The notes beneath the pieces are model-generated. The model ran no database searches and was not told where the DNA came from. It saw nothing but the letters and a program-made list of their open reading frames with translations. Below are positions 13,465-13,848 of a DNA stretch of 13,848 nt, one piece after another. This stretch comes from a virus. Positions within the stretch are counted from its first letter, which is position 1. Each line of letters opens with the position of its first letter. The position numbers were made by a program, and so were the translations under genes. Where the stretch lies: IMG/VR virus record IMGVR_UViG_3300045988_113164; one strand, given 5' to 3'.

Positions 13465-13661
13465 CTATGCTTCTTCATTCTCCATTATAAATATAACTAA
13501 ACCAGCATCCTTCATATCAAACTTGTGAACCTTAAAATTTAATACTTCCTTTGGCATATAAAGATAACCACCTTCGTATATCAGCGTAGTTCCCTTATAA
13601 CACGTACTTCCGAGTTCAGTTTCCAACCAATGTACATATCCCGTAAATTTCTAATAGTCAT
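13465..13661 (-). pseudogene. Frameshifted member of the terminal small-protein family
   Basis: ATG at 13661 is preceded by AAGGAGGG. Frame 0 reads MTIRNLRDMYIGWKLNSEVRVIRELR and then stops at 13581-13583. The -1 frame continues KGTTLIYEGGYLYMPKEVLNFKVHKFDMKDAGLVIFIMENEEA to the stop at 13465-13467. Joined, they give about 65 aa that align with the paralogs. Confidence 0.6.
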
Positions 13662-13693
13662 TTCCTTGACCCTCCTTTTTATTTGTTAAATAA

Positions 13694-13722
13694 AGTATAG
13701 CATGAAATAACTATTTTGTCAA
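13694..13722 (-). promoter_or_regulatory. Right-end early promoter: TTGACA, 17-nt spacer, TGcTATACT
   Basis: On the minus strand, -35 TTGACA occupies 13717-13722, inside the ITR and mirroring 127-132. The spacer is 17 nt. An extended TG precedes the -10 TATACT at 13694-13699. The RBS and ATG at 13661 lie about 30 nt downstream. Confidence 0.75.
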
Positions 13723-13848
13723 CAACTATTTTATATTAACTAAAACTTGTGCTGTTAATAATTCCAGTGCATAGACGAGCGCATGTGGGAACTTTAACAC
13801 TTTACCACGTTAACGCGTTACCACTGTGATGTGCTAAAGTACTACCAC
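13715..13848. repeat. Right inverted terminal repeat (ITR-R), 134 bp
   Basis: Exact reverse complement of 1-134. Confidence 0.97.

Larger units (their letters stand above)
1..13848. mobile_element. Complete linear ITR-bounded genome of a small phi29-like podophage with protein-primed replication
   Basis: The window starts and ends exactly with a perfect 134-bp inverted repeat. It encodes a protein-primed PolB, a terminal-protein candidate, a gp16-like ATPase, and gp8-, gp9-, gp10- and gp11-like virion proteins. There is no integrase and no flanking host genes. Confidence 0.85.

Noticed and set aside
13640-13652. Canonical-looking -1 slippery heptamer A_AAT_TTA in frame at codons 4-6 of the frameshifted paralog, exactly where the -1 frame opens
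   Set aside because: Frame 0 stays clearly homologous to the paralogs for another 16 or so residues after this site (RDMYIGWKLNSEVRVI). The real frame change is therefore about 50 nt further downstream, near 13590-13602. I saw no stimulatory structure after the heptamer. I treat it as coincidence, although it could be tested.
1-13848. tRNA, rRNA, integrase/att sites and transposase
   Set aside because: I saw no cloverleaf-like segments. No ORF carries integrase or transposase motifs. Every non-coding gap is under 200 bp and is accounted for by promoters, terminators or ITRs.

Overview
The window appears to be a complete 13,848-bp linear genome of a small phi29-like (picovirus-type) podophage that replicates by protein priming. 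Its host is probably a Gram-positive bacterium (Bacillota), judging by the AAAGGAG-type ribosome-binding sites (RBS) and a CW_7-like wall-binding motif. Both ends carry a perfect 134-bp inverted terminal repeat (ITR; 1-134 and 13715-13848).

Gene order, left to right:
- An early plus-strand block: a fused two-domain small protein, a 29-aa membrane peptide, a terminal-protein candidate, a family-B protein-primed DNA polymerase and two small proteins. It ends at an intrinsic terminator.
- A gp16-like packaging ATPase, set apart from the blocks on either side.
- A near-consensus promoter followed about 75 nt later by an intrinsic terminator. This is either a small RNA of about 105 nt or an antitermination leader.
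- A translationally coupled late block: YvrJ-like membrane protein, scaffold with an APVQQT repeat, gp8-like major capsid protein, gp9-like tail knob, a 59-aa CW_7-like ORF missing from the supplied track, a two-domain tail lysin, gp10-like portal, gp11-like lower collar and a beta-helix tailspike.
- A bidirectional terminator, then a leftward early operon at the right end with three tandem small paralogs, one of them frameshifted.

Observations that ordinary annotation does not explain:
1. Inward-facing consensus promoters whose -35 hexamer lies in the last bases of each ITR.
2. A family of small (~60-aa) proteins with five copies split between the two termini.
3. An 18-bp palindrome, ATGTTTCA-NN-TGAAACAT, present three times perfectly and once imperfectly, sitting exactly at cistron boundaries.
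4. The promoter-terminator module in front of the late genes.

All homology statements come from motif recognition by eye and need HMM or structure searches to confirm.
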